From Nemertoderma westbladi (lineage: Eukaryota > Animalia > Xenacoelomorpha): DNA of 64,000 bases. The stretch is taken from contig JAUCBJ010007649.1 of NCBI GenBank assembly GCA_032718475.1, positions 1 to 64,000 of the forward strand, written 5' to 3'. This document shows positions 22,683-35,300 of this stretch, piece after piece; the stretch's first letter is position 1, and each line of letters begins with the position of its first letter. Below the pieces are notes generated by a model, which was not told the origin of the DNA, did no database searches, and worked only from the letters and a program-made list of their open reading frames with translations. A program made the translations under genes and the position numbers.

Positions 22683-23768
22683 GAAGTGAGGGAAGTGAGG
22701 GAAGTGAGGGAGTGAGTGAGGGAAGTGAGGGAGTGAGTGAGGGAGTGAGTGAGGGAAGTGAGGGAAGTGAGGGAAGTGAGGGAGTGAGTGAGGGAAGTGA
22801 GGGAAGTGAGGGAAGTGAGGGAGTGAGTGAGGGAAGTGAGGGAAGTGAGGGAAGTGAGGGAAGTGAGGGAGTGAGTGAGGGAAGTGAGGGAAGTGAGGGA
22901 AGTGAGGGAAGTGAGGGAGTGAGTGAGGGAAGTGAGGGAGTGAGTGAGGGAGTGAGTGAGGGAAGTGAGGGAAGTGAGGGAAGTGAGGGAAGTGAGGGAA
23001 GTGAGGGAAGTGAGGGAAGTGAGGGAGTGAGTGAGGGAGTGAGTGAGGGAAGTGAGGGAAGTGAGGGAAGTGAGGGAAGTGAGGGAAGTGAGGGAGTGAG
23101 TGAGGGAAGTGAGGGAAGTGAGGGAAGTGAGGGAAGTGAGGGAAGTGAGGGAAGTGAGGGAAGTGAGGGAGTGAGTGAGGGAGTGAGTGAGGGAAGTGAG
23201 GGAAGTGAGGGAAGTGAGGGAAGTGAGGGAAGTGAGGGAAGTGAGGGAAGTGAGGGAAGTGAGGGAGTGAGTGAGGGAGTGAGTGAGGGAAGTGAGGGAA
23301 GTGAGGGAAGTGAGGGAAGTGAGGGAAGTGAGGGAAGTGAGGGAAGTGAGGGAAGTGAGGGAAGTGAGGGAAGTGAGGGAAGTGAGGGAAGTGAGGGAAG
23401 TGAGGGAAGTGAGGGAAGTGAGGGAAGTGAGGGAAGTGAGGGAAGTGAGGGAAGTGAGGGAAGTGAGGGAGTGAGTGAGGGAAGTGAGGGAAGTGAGGGA
23501 AGTGAGGGAAGTGAGGGAAGTGACTTCCCTCACTTCCCTCACTCACTCCCTCACTTCCCTCACTTCCCTCACTTCCCTCACTTCCCTCACTTCCCTCACT
23601 TCCCTCACTTCCCTCACTTCCCTCACTTCCCTCACTTCCCTCACTTCCCTCACTTCCCTCACTTCCCTCACTTCCCTCACTTCCCTCACTTCCCTCACTT
23701 CCCTCACTTCCCTCACTTCCCTCACTTCCCTCACTTCCCTCACTTCCCTCACTCACTCCCTCACTCCC
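22683..23768. repeat. Inverted G-rich/C-rich microsatellite: (AAGTGAGGG / AGTGAGTGAGGG)n then its reverse complement
   Basis: G-rich 22683-23521, centre GGGAAGT-G-ACTTCCC at 23522, C-rich 23523-23768. Confidence 0.97.
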
Positions 23769-24571
23769 AATCTAGTATAGTCACTCCCAATCCCAATCTA
23801 GTATAGTCAGGTTTGTAAGTGATTGCTGGTTCCCAATCTAGTATAGTCAGGTTTGTAAGTGATTGCTGGTTCCCAATCTAGTATAGTCAGGTTTGTAAGT
23901 GATTGCTGGTTCCCAATCTAGTATAGTCAGGTTTGTAAGTGATTGCTGGTTCCCAATCTAGTATAGTCAGGTTTGTAAGTGATTGCTGGTTCCCAATCTA
24001 GTATAGTCAGGTTTGTAAGTGATTGCTGGTTCCCAATCTAGTATAGTCAGGTTTGTAAGTGATTGCTGGTTCCCAATCTAGTATAGTCAGGTTTGTAAGT
24101 GATTGCTGGTTCCCAATCTAGTATAGTCAGGTTTGTAAGTGATTGCTGGTTCCCAATCTAGTATAGTCAGGTTTGTAAGTGATTGCTGGTTTCCAATCTA
24201 GTATAGTCAGGTTTGTAAGTGATTGCTGGTTCCCAATCTAGTATAGTCAGGTTTGTAAGTGATTGCTGGTTCCCAATCTAGTATAGTCAGGTTCCCAATC
24301 TAGTATAGTCAGGTTTGTAAGTGATTGCTGGTTCCCAATCTAGTATAGTCAGGTTTGTAAGTGATTGCTGGTTCCCAATCTAGTATAGTCAGGTTTGTAA
24401 GTGATTGCTGGTTCCCAATCTAGTATAGTCAGGTTTGTAAGTGATTGCTGGTTCCCAATCTGATATAGTCAGGTTTGTAAGTGATTGCTGGTTCCCAATC
24501 TAGTATAGTCAGGTTTGTAAGTTATTGCTGGTTCCCAATCTAGTATAGTCAGGTTTGTAAGTGATTGCTGG
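23765..24571. repeat. 40-bp satellite, right block (about 20 copies)
   Basis: Same unit and orientation as 19221-20675. Confidence 0.97.
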
Positions 24572-25048
24572 GGAGGGGTAGCTTTCACTGATTGTGGAGG
24601 TTTAGATACTGACTCCAGGGTCCATGATATGATTTAATGATAGTCATTGTTGCGCTGGAGTCAATGGTGCAAAATGACGGCAAACACCGAAACTCCATGT
24701 TTAGTGAAATTAATGGGTTTTAATTTAAAACATATCCGAAAGAAGAAGTTTACATCTATCTGTTGGAGTGGTGTCGTCTAACCAAACCAAAACAAATATC
24801 GCAAGTTTATTTAAACTTGCGGTTAATTTGGGCCACTATCTGTGCAGTGTGCATCTATTAATTGTTCGAGTCAGTTTGAGAGTTATAACGGAAGTCAGAC
24901 AGGACAGACAACAAACTGCTTAGTCAGATCCATTTTATATTTTGCTTTACTTGTAAAGTAAAGGATATTTGTCTTAAGATTACGCAGGAGGACAACCAAC
25001 CCATAAGTTTATTTTACAAAAATTATGTCTCACTCTATTCATACAGTA

Positions 25049-25110
25049 TAAAGTATAAGATTACATCCGTTAAGTTTAATCAAACTTAACGGATGTAGTT
25101 GTATACTTTA
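25049..25110. repeat. 62-bp palindrome
   Basis: TAAAGTATA.GATTACATCCGTTAAGTTT pairs with AAACTTAACGGATGTAGTT.TATACTTTA. Confidence 0.8.
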
Positions 25111-26593
25111 ATATGAAAATGCATCTTACATGCAAAAACAAAATTGTATCCTGTACTTTGAATTTCGTTTATTGTTTTGGTTTGAATAATATACCATTGT
25201 AACCTGCTCCTTTCCCAAAATTGACAATTTTTAACATTAAGACGATATTTTTATTCACAGAGATAGGATTTTCGTCTCACCACCCCCCCCCCCCCCCCCC
25301 CCCCCTTGTACTTAAAATTAACACTCAACTACGATGAAACTACTTATTATAGGAAAGAGGATTGATCTAGAATCAGCGTGCAGTGCCATTCACAGACTCA
25401 CCCAAACTCATATCGTTTTAACATCATCGGTACGATGCATTTATAACAATTATGCGATGTTTGGTAGGCTTACCTCAACCGAACCGAATCACTTCTGTTA
25501 AGTTTACGCCGCTTCCATAATATCTTTGTCGTATTAAATTGTTTCTTACTGCACGCAGATTGCACAATGCTCATTGCACATGTCATTGTTTATATTTATT
25601 TCGTGGTCGTGGGTTCGATCCCAGCATGGGTCCAGGGCAGATCTTTACTTTTACTTTAATGTAACCACACATGTAGATTGGAGCCATTCCATTTTCAATT
25701 AATTTCAATTCTTAAATTCAATTATTATTAAAATTAAATTCACAATTAATTTTGCACTATTTTTTAACAAATGTGTTTAAGAGGGTAGCCGTGAATAGCT
25801 CAGGTCATAACGGATAAAAGTGCTACAATGATGTAAATAGTTTTGTGGAATTTTAAAGAAGGAGTCCTGAATACGAAATAGAACGCTGACCAAATGACTA
25901 GATTGCTACGATTTTTCATTGATATTGATATTGATAGATAATTTAGATAACTTGATATTATTCAAACTGAAATATTTAATAAGTATTAAATAATTAAAGA
26001 ACGAAATAATTAAATAAACTTTATTCTAAAATAAAGAATTTTTTTTATATCTTTAAAATATCTCTGTTTAGTAGGCGATTAAATCACGGGTCCTGGACAG
26101 GACAGTCTTCGACAACTTCATAGTTTTTTTTTAATTATATCTTAAAACGGTTCTTTACAACGTTGGCCGATCCAGTATCCTCAAACTATTTTCTGAAACT
26201 TAATTGTGTTAATTTTATTGTTGTTGATTTCAATTATATGGTAGAATTTATCTGGTCTATTTATTTTCTACCGGCCTGTACCGTCTCCATGCCATAAATA
26301 TATTCACAAAATATACCACATGCGTCAAAAAGCTTAACGTAACATCTTCCAATTCTACCAGATATAGTTATAAAAATCTCAAGTTTCGAATACATTGATA
26401 TAATAAACAATATAGTGAAATCTCGCAGCAAGAGTGGTGGATATACATATACAACATGGAAAAATTATAAACATAGCCAATGGTGTTTGTACCCCCTCTA
26501 CTGGCTCTCATATCGCTAAAGATCCAATCAATGCTCTTGCGAAACACCAAAAGTAAATATAATGTTAAAGGCAAATATAATAAATAAATAAAG

Positions 26594-29500
26594 TTAGTAT
26601 CTACGAATGAGATGACCGTAGCTGTTCCTTCTCGGCAAGTATCTATTTACTGGTGGTCTGAGGTCAACGTTGACCTTTAATCCTTGGTCTCCTTTTGGCT
26701 CCTCGGGTAGCTCTACCTCATCAACTGAACTCACCCGCACACCTCCAACAACCGGCCCATCGGATCCATAGCTCTCCCTACGAGACTGGATGTATCTTTG
26801 TCCTTGTAGCGGTCCTTCCAAGCTCTCTAGCTTTACGTTCGTCATAGCGTTCTTCCTCCACCACTCCCTAAAATCCTGATGACTTCCAATAAATTTTTGA
26901 CCTGACCTCCTCTCATCACCCTCGTTAAGATCACCTAGACTTTGAATGTTCATAGAGTCCTGAAGTTTACCTGTAGGTTTATTATGATCCATTAAGGAAG
27001 ATGAACTCCTCCCGTGGTGAGTTTCTTCAGGTTTTTGTTGCTTAGATACGTGGGATGTAATAATGTCGGGCTGCGTAGAATTTCCTTTTTGTGCGACAGG
27101 TAGTTGTTCCCTTACAGTATCCACTGCTTGTATGGATCGCTCTTGTACATTGGGCTCAATAGCCTGCCTAGTTTCATTGGAAATAGTTGGAATCCGCCGA
27201 GGTTTGCTTTCATTCCCTTTCGATGCAACTCGGCGTTGGTCATACCTAGAGTTAGTAGAGTGGCGTTGATAGCTCGGTTTCTCGAAAGGCTCCGAGTAAT
27301 TAGGTAGTGTATTCGGTACATTTGGCTGATTGCTGTCATGATTGAGTGATGGTTGGTGTTTATATATATGGCGGGGTGGTGATACCTTTCGAGACTCCAC
27401 TTGTTTGGTATTCATAACAATACGATTGTCTTCCAGTATGCTGCTAGACTTATAATTCATGTTGGCACTTTCAACAACGTTTCCGAGCTCTTTAGGTGAT
27501 TTAAACGACCTTTCCAAGTCCTCCAAGGACTGAGACTCAGCCAGTCGAGCTTCTACTTTAATGCGGGATGTCCTTTTATGGGGGTTAATATTATTTTCTC
27601 GAATCTCCTTTATTTTCTCTTTAGATATATCTTTATTACGTGTGACTGCCGAAATATCTAAGGAATCAGTAGCCAGTTTAGTATCTGTTTCTGCGCCAAG
27701 CTCAACTTCAACCAAATCGTGTTGTGAAGCTCTATAATGTTTTGACATTGATCGTGAGCCAGGGTTGACACTTTCGTCCATTACCACCATATTGTTTTCA
27801 TTTAAACTGTCAGCTGAAGCAGATCGTCCTATTCTCCAACTCCATAATTCCAACCTTCGCTTTTTCTCCTCATCCAAATCAGTAGTTGCTTTTGATTCGT
27901 TATTTACATCTGCAGCCATTGCCTCTCGACTACGGGATCGTCCTGAATAGCCCCGTCGAACTGAACGCTGAACGCTGTCATCAGTTTGTTCATAAAACGG
28001 ATGCATTGAGCTTCCTGGCGTTCCAGGATGTTTATAGGGCGTTCGGCGACCTCTGTGAGCAGCTAGGAACTCCTCTTGTCTCTGCTGTGCCGCCGAGAGT
28101 CCTACAACATGTTTGTACTGCGATTGGGAGCTTTTTGGAAGGTGTATAACTTCTTTTGCACGCAATCGAGGCCCACCTCCTTGTTTCTTGGAAACATCCC
28201 ACTCATAAGCAAAGTCAGTAAACCCAACATGGTTTGGTGTAGAGTACTGATTAGTGAGCAGATTACGATGGGTTGTACACAGGCTCCGTTGGTTGTCTAT
28301 ACCACTATCTACATAAACATTGGCCGTTGCTAGAATTCTTTGGGATTCCACAGCTTCTGTGTACCGGAAGTGAGGGGTCCGTTCTAACTGGTTGTCCCGG
28401 GTCTTGGATATTGCATCTGCCATTGTCTCCAGGTAGGCTATCCTTTCACGTTCGATGTCTGTGGAAGATCGTCTATCTTCACCATCACCATCCAATCTTG
28501 TAGCTTTCTTTGTCGATGTAGAATGCTGATATTTCACAACTTGTGGTGGTTTGACAGAGCTGGGTGGAAGAGGGGGTTTCTTTTTATCGGAATCCTTGAC
28601 AGTTGTAACTTTATTTATTAGAGCTGCAGTATCTCTTGAATCACGCATTTGATCACGTTCTTTCTTTGATTTCAGTTTTTTCTTCTTGGTGGGTGCTAAT
28701 TTCGCAGCTATGGCTTCGAGATGGACAGGTAGACCATTTGATACAGAGGAATCGGAACCACCAGTACTAGATTCAAAACTCGAGGAATAATCGTCAGAGA
28801 GGTTGATGTCATCTCTGCCTTTATAATCAATTCCCTTTGAAGCCCGTTTAGCAACAATCTCAGCACGAATATCGTCTTCTATTTCGGAAAGAATGCTGTT
28901 AAACTTCGCATTATCTGGGTCACAATAATCTAGCAATGTATCACATAAATGGAAACCCATTGCTTCATAACACTTGGTTGTGAAGTGGTTTCCTTGGTTT
29001 CGGCCGGGTAGAGTAGCCCCACAGAATGAGGCCTCCATCGTATAACTATTTTGCACCCCTAAGTTCCAGATAACAATACGACCGGTACCTTCCTTAGACT
29101 TTTGAACCTTAAATTTAGAACACTTATAGGAAAACTTATCTGGGGTGTTTTTGCTTAACATCTTTGGAAACACTCTCTCATGTAGTCGTTTACTAGGGTT
29201 ATTTTTATTCTCACATCCATATATAAACACATTGTGTTTTCTACTATGACCATGTAAGTCGCAGTACATTAATACTTCTCTTTCCTCCAACAATTTTCGA
29301 ATCATTTGCCGTGTATGCCAGATAGCAGGGTAAGAATCTTTAAGAACGCTTTTGTAATTACGGTTTAGATCGCGACCTGCCAATGAGCAACGGTAATTAC
29401 CGACTATAACACCATCAGGGTTTAGCATTGGGATAACTTTGAATATAAATAAATCTCGCAGTAACTTAGCATCAGCAGAATTTCCTAAAATGTAATCAAG

Positions 29501-30727
29501 AAAACCTTTCATCATCCAACTGCCTTGAGACTCTCCTGGGTGCACTCTCGCAGTGACAACGACTCCACGTTTATGCCTCAAGTCCTCCGGCCTTCGTGAT
29601 TGGCTAGTTATGGTGAGTAAATAAAGAAGATTGCCTCCAAGTGTGCGGCATAAAACTCGAGATTTGCAGTGTGTTGACTTAACAGGGTCATCTGCTATAG
29701 TTTGAAGGTAGTCTTGTAAGTCGCTGTATCGATATGGATATGAATGTGCGAGATAAACTGTATCATCATTATGTGGGAACTCTGTTGTAAATGTTAGGGA
29801 GTAAAAGGATGAAACATTGCGATCCATGCGTTTGTTGTTATTTTTGTAGTATTTTATATCGCCGCCACACCTAACCCATCCAATACCATAAGTGCTTGCA
29901 TTTGTCTCAGAGTATAGTAGAGGTCGCATTCCAAAATTGTATGAACTATTGGATTTCAACAGGTTTACAATTGTGAATCGGTACTTAATGCCTTTTCTCG
30001 TATTGTGCACCCGAAAGTAAAACCATTGTGTATGTTTTTGGGTGTAAAGATCAAATCTCAGAGTTAATTCGTACTCAAAATCACCAACTTTGATCGCCTT
30101 CAGTAAATTACCGCTCTCAAATCGCGACTCAAAGACCAGTGTTTTATCGGATTGCGATTCAGGATTGTGGGCAATAGGTCTACAGATACGTGCACCTCCA
30201 ACACGCGATCTTATAAAGTAATCATCTCTTGTTGTGTCATTGAGATAAACAACATAGGCTGAATCTAAACCACTCTTTATCATCGGCGTAGACTCGGACC
30301 CATACGACTTGTAGAAAGGTTCAGGAGTTGTGGGTGACCAGTCGATATGAATGATCTTCTCCGAAATAACCTGCAGGTCTGCTGGCCATCTCGTACCTTC
30401 CACTTGTCCTTTATTCAGGGCATATAGATTCCTCGGTTCTCTCAACCTCGGCATACGAGTTTGCCCGTTAATTTCCTCACTCTCGTAAACCAGCTGGGTG
30501 GTTCTCACCAACAACTCATGGCGATCATTATCAGTTTTTATTGCTTTGTTTTCATACCCGGAACTATCTGAATCACTGCCATTACCGTATCCGTGCGTTT
30601 TGTCCCATTCACTAAACAATGACTTCCTATAGACTTCGTTTCGGCCTGTATAATAGCCGTAATGGGACAAATGTTTTCTCATGAAACTTTCATAAGGATT
30701 TAAATCGTAACGAAAACTAAAATCCAT
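26594..30727 (-). CDS. Cytosolic carboxypeptidase (tubulin deglutamylase, AGBL2/3-like), single exon
   Basis: FESRFESGNL, TQWFYF, YPY.YS, ARVHPGE, PMLNPDGVIVGNYR, DLNR, DLHGHS, SYTMEASF; long low-complexity C-terminus; 1377 aa. Confidence 0.95.
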   Translation of the reverse strand: MDFSFRYDLNPYESFMRKHLSHYGYYTGRNEVYRKSLFSEWDKTHGYGNGSDSDSSGYENKAIKTDNDRHELLVRTTQLVYESEEINGQTRMPRLREPRNLYALNKGQVEGTRWPADLQVISEKIIHIDWSPTTPEPFYKSYGSESTPMIKSGLDSAYVVYLNDTTRDDYFIRSRVGGARICRPIAHNPESQSDKTLVFESRFESGNLLKAIKVGDFEYELTLRFDLYTQKHTQWFYFRVHNTRKGIKYRFTIVNLLKSNSSYNFGMRPLLYSETNASTYGIGWVRCGGDIKYYKNNNKRMDRNVSSFYSLTFTTEFPHNDDTVYLAHSYPYRYSDLQDYLQTIADDPVKSTHCKSRVLCRTLGGNLLYLLTITSQSRRPEDLRHKRGVVVTARVHPGESQGSWMMKGFLDYILGNSADAKLLRDLFIFKVIPMLNPDGVIVGNYRCSLAGRDLNRNYKSVLKDSYPAIWHTRQMIRKLLEEREVLMYCDLHGHSRKHNVFIYGCENKNNPSKRLHERVFPKMLSKNTPDKFSYKCSKFKVQKSKEGTGRIVIWNLGVQNSYTMEASFCGATLPGRNQGNHFTTKCYEAMGFHLCDTLLDYCDPDNAKFNSILSEIEDDIRAEIVAKRASKGIDYKGRDDINLSDDYSSSFESSTGGSDSSVSNGLPVHLEAIAAKLAPTKKKKLKSKKERDQMRDSRDTAALINKVTTVKDSDKKKPPLPPSSVKPPQVVKYQHSTSTKKATRLDGDGEDRRSSTDIERERIAYLETMADAISKTRDNQLERTPHFRYTEAVESQRILATANVYVDSGIDNQRSLCTTHRNLLTNQYSTPNHVGFTDFAYEWDVSKKQGGGPRLRAKEVIHLPKSSQSQYKHVVGLSAAQQRQEEFLAAHRGRRTPYKHPGTPGSSMHPFYEQTDDSVQRSVRRGYSGRSRSREAMAADVNNESKATTDLDEEKKRRLELWSWRIGRSASADSLNENNMVVMDESVNPGSRSMSKHYRASQHDLVEVELGAETDTKLATDSLDISAVTRNKDISKEKIKEIRENNINPHKRTSRIKVEARLAESQSLEDLERSFKSPKELGNVVESANMNYKSSSILEDNRIVMNTKQVESRKVSPPRHIYKHQPSLNHDSNQPNVPNTLPNYSEPFEKPSYQRHSTNSRYDQRRVASKGNESKPRRIPTISNETRQAIEPNVQERSIQAVDTVREQLPVAQKGNSTQPDIITSHVSKQQKPEETHHGRSSSSLMDHNKPTGKLQDSMNIQSLGDLNEGDERRSGQKFIGSHQDFREWWRKNAMTNVKLESLEGPLQGQRYIQSRRESYGSDGPVVGGVRVSSVDEVELPEEPKGDQGLKVNVDLRPPVNRYLPRRNSYGHLIRRY

Positions 30728-31924
30728 AATTTCAGCGCCGTATTCATCAACGAAGGCAAAGCGGAAGAATGATCCGTAATGTGAAGAAAGTAGTTAATAG
30801 CGCAAAATGACCACAAACAAAAAAATTTGTATGTTTAGTGGGTTTAAAAACTAACTTTAATATAAAACATTAAGGAAAAGTAGCTGGTTACAGTGCGGCG
30901 TTTTCTAAACAAAATATTTAACAAAACTTTAATTTATATGCGATCAATTAGCCCTGGATATCACTTTTTCATTTGCGGTCAATGTGCCCCACTATCTGGA
31001 AAAAGATACAAATGTGTATCGTACATGGACTTTCCAATGGACTGACTACATTGATAATAATACAGTATGTAGTTTAGTACACTTTTGAATTTATTATGAT
31101 AAAAAGGTGCTGTAAATAAATTCTATAGAGTTGAAATTAAAATTTTATTTGTGCAGAAATGTATGGATGTGTGGAAATATATGGATATGTGGAAATATAT
31201 GGATATGTGGAAATATATGGATAGATAGAAATGTATATGGATAATAATTAATAAACAAGTATACATTTATTGTAAAATTGTTATTAATTATTATATTTTC
31301 TATATTATAGCTTTAATTAAATTGAACATTTTTTGATTGATTCTATTTGGTTGAAGAAGGGGAAAATGGATAAATATAATACTTCAACTTTAACATGTTT
31401 AATATTATAACATACTGTGTAAGCATACTGGAAATAGGTTCGCATAATTACATAAGTACGCCTAACCGTGTCCATAAAATACATGTCCGAAGTAGAAATA
31501 AAAAGTTAAATTAACCATGGAAATTTAATTTGTACAGTAAGCCTGGGTGATTTGAGTGTGTATGTACGTATGTAAGCCTGCCTGCCTACCTTTTCTTTTG
31601 ATTAAATTGGCCCAACATTAAATGTTTACTAGGGTTACCTGGTAACCTTAACATTGTTGTGTATCGAACAAGATTAATAATTAATCTATTGTACCATATT
31701 ACTAATGTACTAAGCGGTCCGCATTATACGTGTCCCGTAATAGATTAAATACATAATAATGTACAACTACAGTAACAACTATCAGCCTTCATTGGACTCA
31801 AAGCTTGAGTAGATTAGTTGAGCTTTCCGTAAAAATAATAATAATAATCAGTGCAGGATTTAGAAAATTGACGAGAGGAGGACATGACAAATTTTCAATT
31901 TATCATAGCACATAGGGTGTAAAC

Positions 31925-32329
<405 letters not shown>

Positions 32330-35300
32330 GAAATAACAATACAAACAAATACAATCCCAATACCCCCAGTAGGCCGAGTCCAAACAACCAAAACACTAAA
32401 CCGCTAGATATGAATCTACGTGCGATACGTAAAGCGCTATACAAGGAAGGCTACAATCCAAAATACAAATGGCAATTACATAAAAACGCATTCCACAAGA
32501 CCATGAACTGCAAGCATTGGCAGGCATTGCTTAAACAAGATCGGGTAGCCTATGCTGGCATAAATGGACTATGTCATCAATGCGTGGTAGGAGGAACTGG
32601 ATTCGAAGAGTGTAAAGAAACACCAATAAAACACGGTGAGGTAGATGGAAGTAGAGGCCAAACGATGGCGACAAGCACCACGGGAGAGAAGAGAAGTGGA
32701 ACTCGGGGTGGTACCGGTGAGGATAACAGGAGAAAGCGGGCGGTCAGTCACGACTTTAATGTTGGTTGACAGCGGAGCAGCGTTCATGCTAGCGGAAAGT
32801 TGGGTGGCCGAAGAGATAGGGTTGCAGACGAGGCCAAGCAAGATGGCGGTAACTACTATCTCGAGTAAGGACGAGGTCTTGAGGATGAGAATGGGACGTT
32901 GCGAAATATCAGCAATAGCACCAGGGTGCAATTATGGGGCGACCATCGACCCCATCCAAATAATAGAATCGATTAATATAAACGCCAGGCGGCCCACAAG
33001 GATCAAGGTCGAGCAATACCGGTTCCTGGATGATATTGATTTCTCCGTACCTGAACTGGACATCTCGAAGGTATCTCTCATAGTCGGCATAGACTGCCCG
33101 ATGGCCCACGTGAGACTACGGACCATATTTGGAGGGGATAGGGAGTGAGATCCGATGGTGATTCTTACGCCATTTGGATGGACACTTAGCGGCCCAATTA
33201 AGACCAAAATCCCATTCAGCGTGTCGGAATCCTCAGTGTGCATGTTTGCGGGCACAATGAGAGAGATGGAGGACAAAGGAGCAGAGGAGCAACTTAAGAG
33301 GCTGCTGCAGCAGGACTTTGAGGGGTTGAAGGAGACCGGGTTCGGGACCTCGGTGGAGGACAAGCAGCCGCTGGAGAGCGTGAAGAACTCGATGAAGTGT
33401 GAAGGGGGGCGGTATACCATAGGGATGGTATGGAAACAACCAAAGTTACCGCAACCAGACAATAAAAGGATGGTCCAGACGAGGCTTCGGAAACTGAAAC
33501 AGACACTCAGAAGGTGCCCCGAGAAGGATGAATACATCCACAGGACGATTAAGAAATACGTGGACAAAGGGTGGTCCGTGGAGTTACCGGTCGATGAACC
33601 AAACATGGACAGGACCTACTATTTGCCACTGCATGTGGCTTTGGATCCTAAGAAGGGTAAACTACGGATGGTGGTCGATGCGTTGGCCAAAACTAACGGC
33701 AAGAGTTTGAATGATTACCTGCTAGAAGGCCCCAACATTTACTACTCGGGGATAGAGGACCTGTTGAGATTCAAAAATGGAAGGCAAGCTTCACGTGCGA
33801 CATCGAAGGCATGTTCAACCAAGTCCGAGTAATGGAGGAAGACAGCGATAGTCAGCGCTTCCTACAGTACAACGGCGATGAAAAACCATCGGAGATACCG
33901 ATGTACAAGATGGTAGTGCAGAACATGGGGGCCAAATCGTCCTCATTCACAACGACTACAGCTGTGAGAGATACAGTGGAGGGCAAGGAAGGAGAATACA
34001 GTGGGCAGGCGATCGACATGATTCGAAGTGGATTATATGTGGACGATGGGATGGGATCTGGAAACACGGTTGAAGAAATACTGGAGATAGGGCGCGAAGT
34101 TCGCAACAAGCGGACAAGAGGATGGAGTCGCAGAAAAGGCGCTAGGGATCGTATGGAACCGGGAGACAGATGAGTTGGAGTATCAACTAAGTCAGGAGGG
34201 CGCCAAAATTCATACCAAACGAGGCTATGTATCGTACATAGCAAGGATATACAATCCCCAAGGCCTAGCATCCCCGTTGTTAGTCACGGGGAAGCAAATA
34301 CTGAAGAAAGTGTATACGTTAAAGGACGATTGGGATGCGGAGGTCCTGAGGAAATAAGTAGACTGTGGAACAAGTGGACGGGGAGCCTTGAGGAGATGGG
34401 GACGTACAGTATGCCCGCGTGTACTTCCCAGACAGAGACATGACCAATCTGGACCTACATATGTTTTCTGATGCATCCTTGGAAGAATATGGAGCGGCAC
34501 TTTATTTGGTAGAGCGGAAGGGGGCTCGAAGCCCAGACTTGCATTTAGTAAAACGAAGTCGATGCCACCAGATTCAGCATCAGTGCCGAAACTCGAGCTA
34601 ACGGCTGCGAGGTTAGGAGTAAGGGCGACAGCATACCTGATGGACACCATACCCAACATAGTGGAAACACACTACTGGACGGATTCCATGGTAGTGTTAG
34701 GGTGGCTACACAACGAAAAGACACGATACCCTATATTTGTGGTGAACAGGGTAGATGAGATAAGGGCAACAACCGATCTGGAAAAGTGGTACTACTGCCC
34801 AACCGACGACAATCCAGCAGATCTGTTATCGAGGGGCGTAGTACGCCACGCTTTCTCGAGAAAGCAGGAGTTGTGGCAGCATGGACCACACTTTCCTGAC
34901 GATAGGTCGACCTGGCCACCAATGAGGAAGGTAGACCCAGTTATGGAGGAAGTAGCAGTAGAAGAGGAGGGAGAGGATTCGGAAGGGGAAGAGATATACA
35001 GCCAATTGGCGAGGGAGATTAAGGAGGTACCACCAAAACCGAGAGAACCATGCGATAACCCATCGGATAGGCTGCTCAGTTACAGCTCCAGCTGGTACAA
35101 GACTAAGAAGTTGGTAGCATATTTGAGGGCCTACAGGGATTTCCTCATGGGAGTTGGTAAGGATACCAAAACAAGACCCATTATCGATCTGGAAGGGGCG
35201 GCCAAAGCCGTGATATGATACGAGCAAAGGAAGTGGTACACGGACGAAGTGAACAGAGTCAGCAAGCAACAGCGCCTTCGTAAAGACAGCAAACTCAACC

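Noticed and set aside
22626-23806. SEG/FPH/REV/TSL repeat ORFs
   Set aside because: By-products of a stop-poor 9/12-bp microsatellite.
25600-25640. GGTTCGATCCC B-box as a tRNA gene
   Set aside because: No A-box or cloverleaf upstream; at most a SINE remnant.
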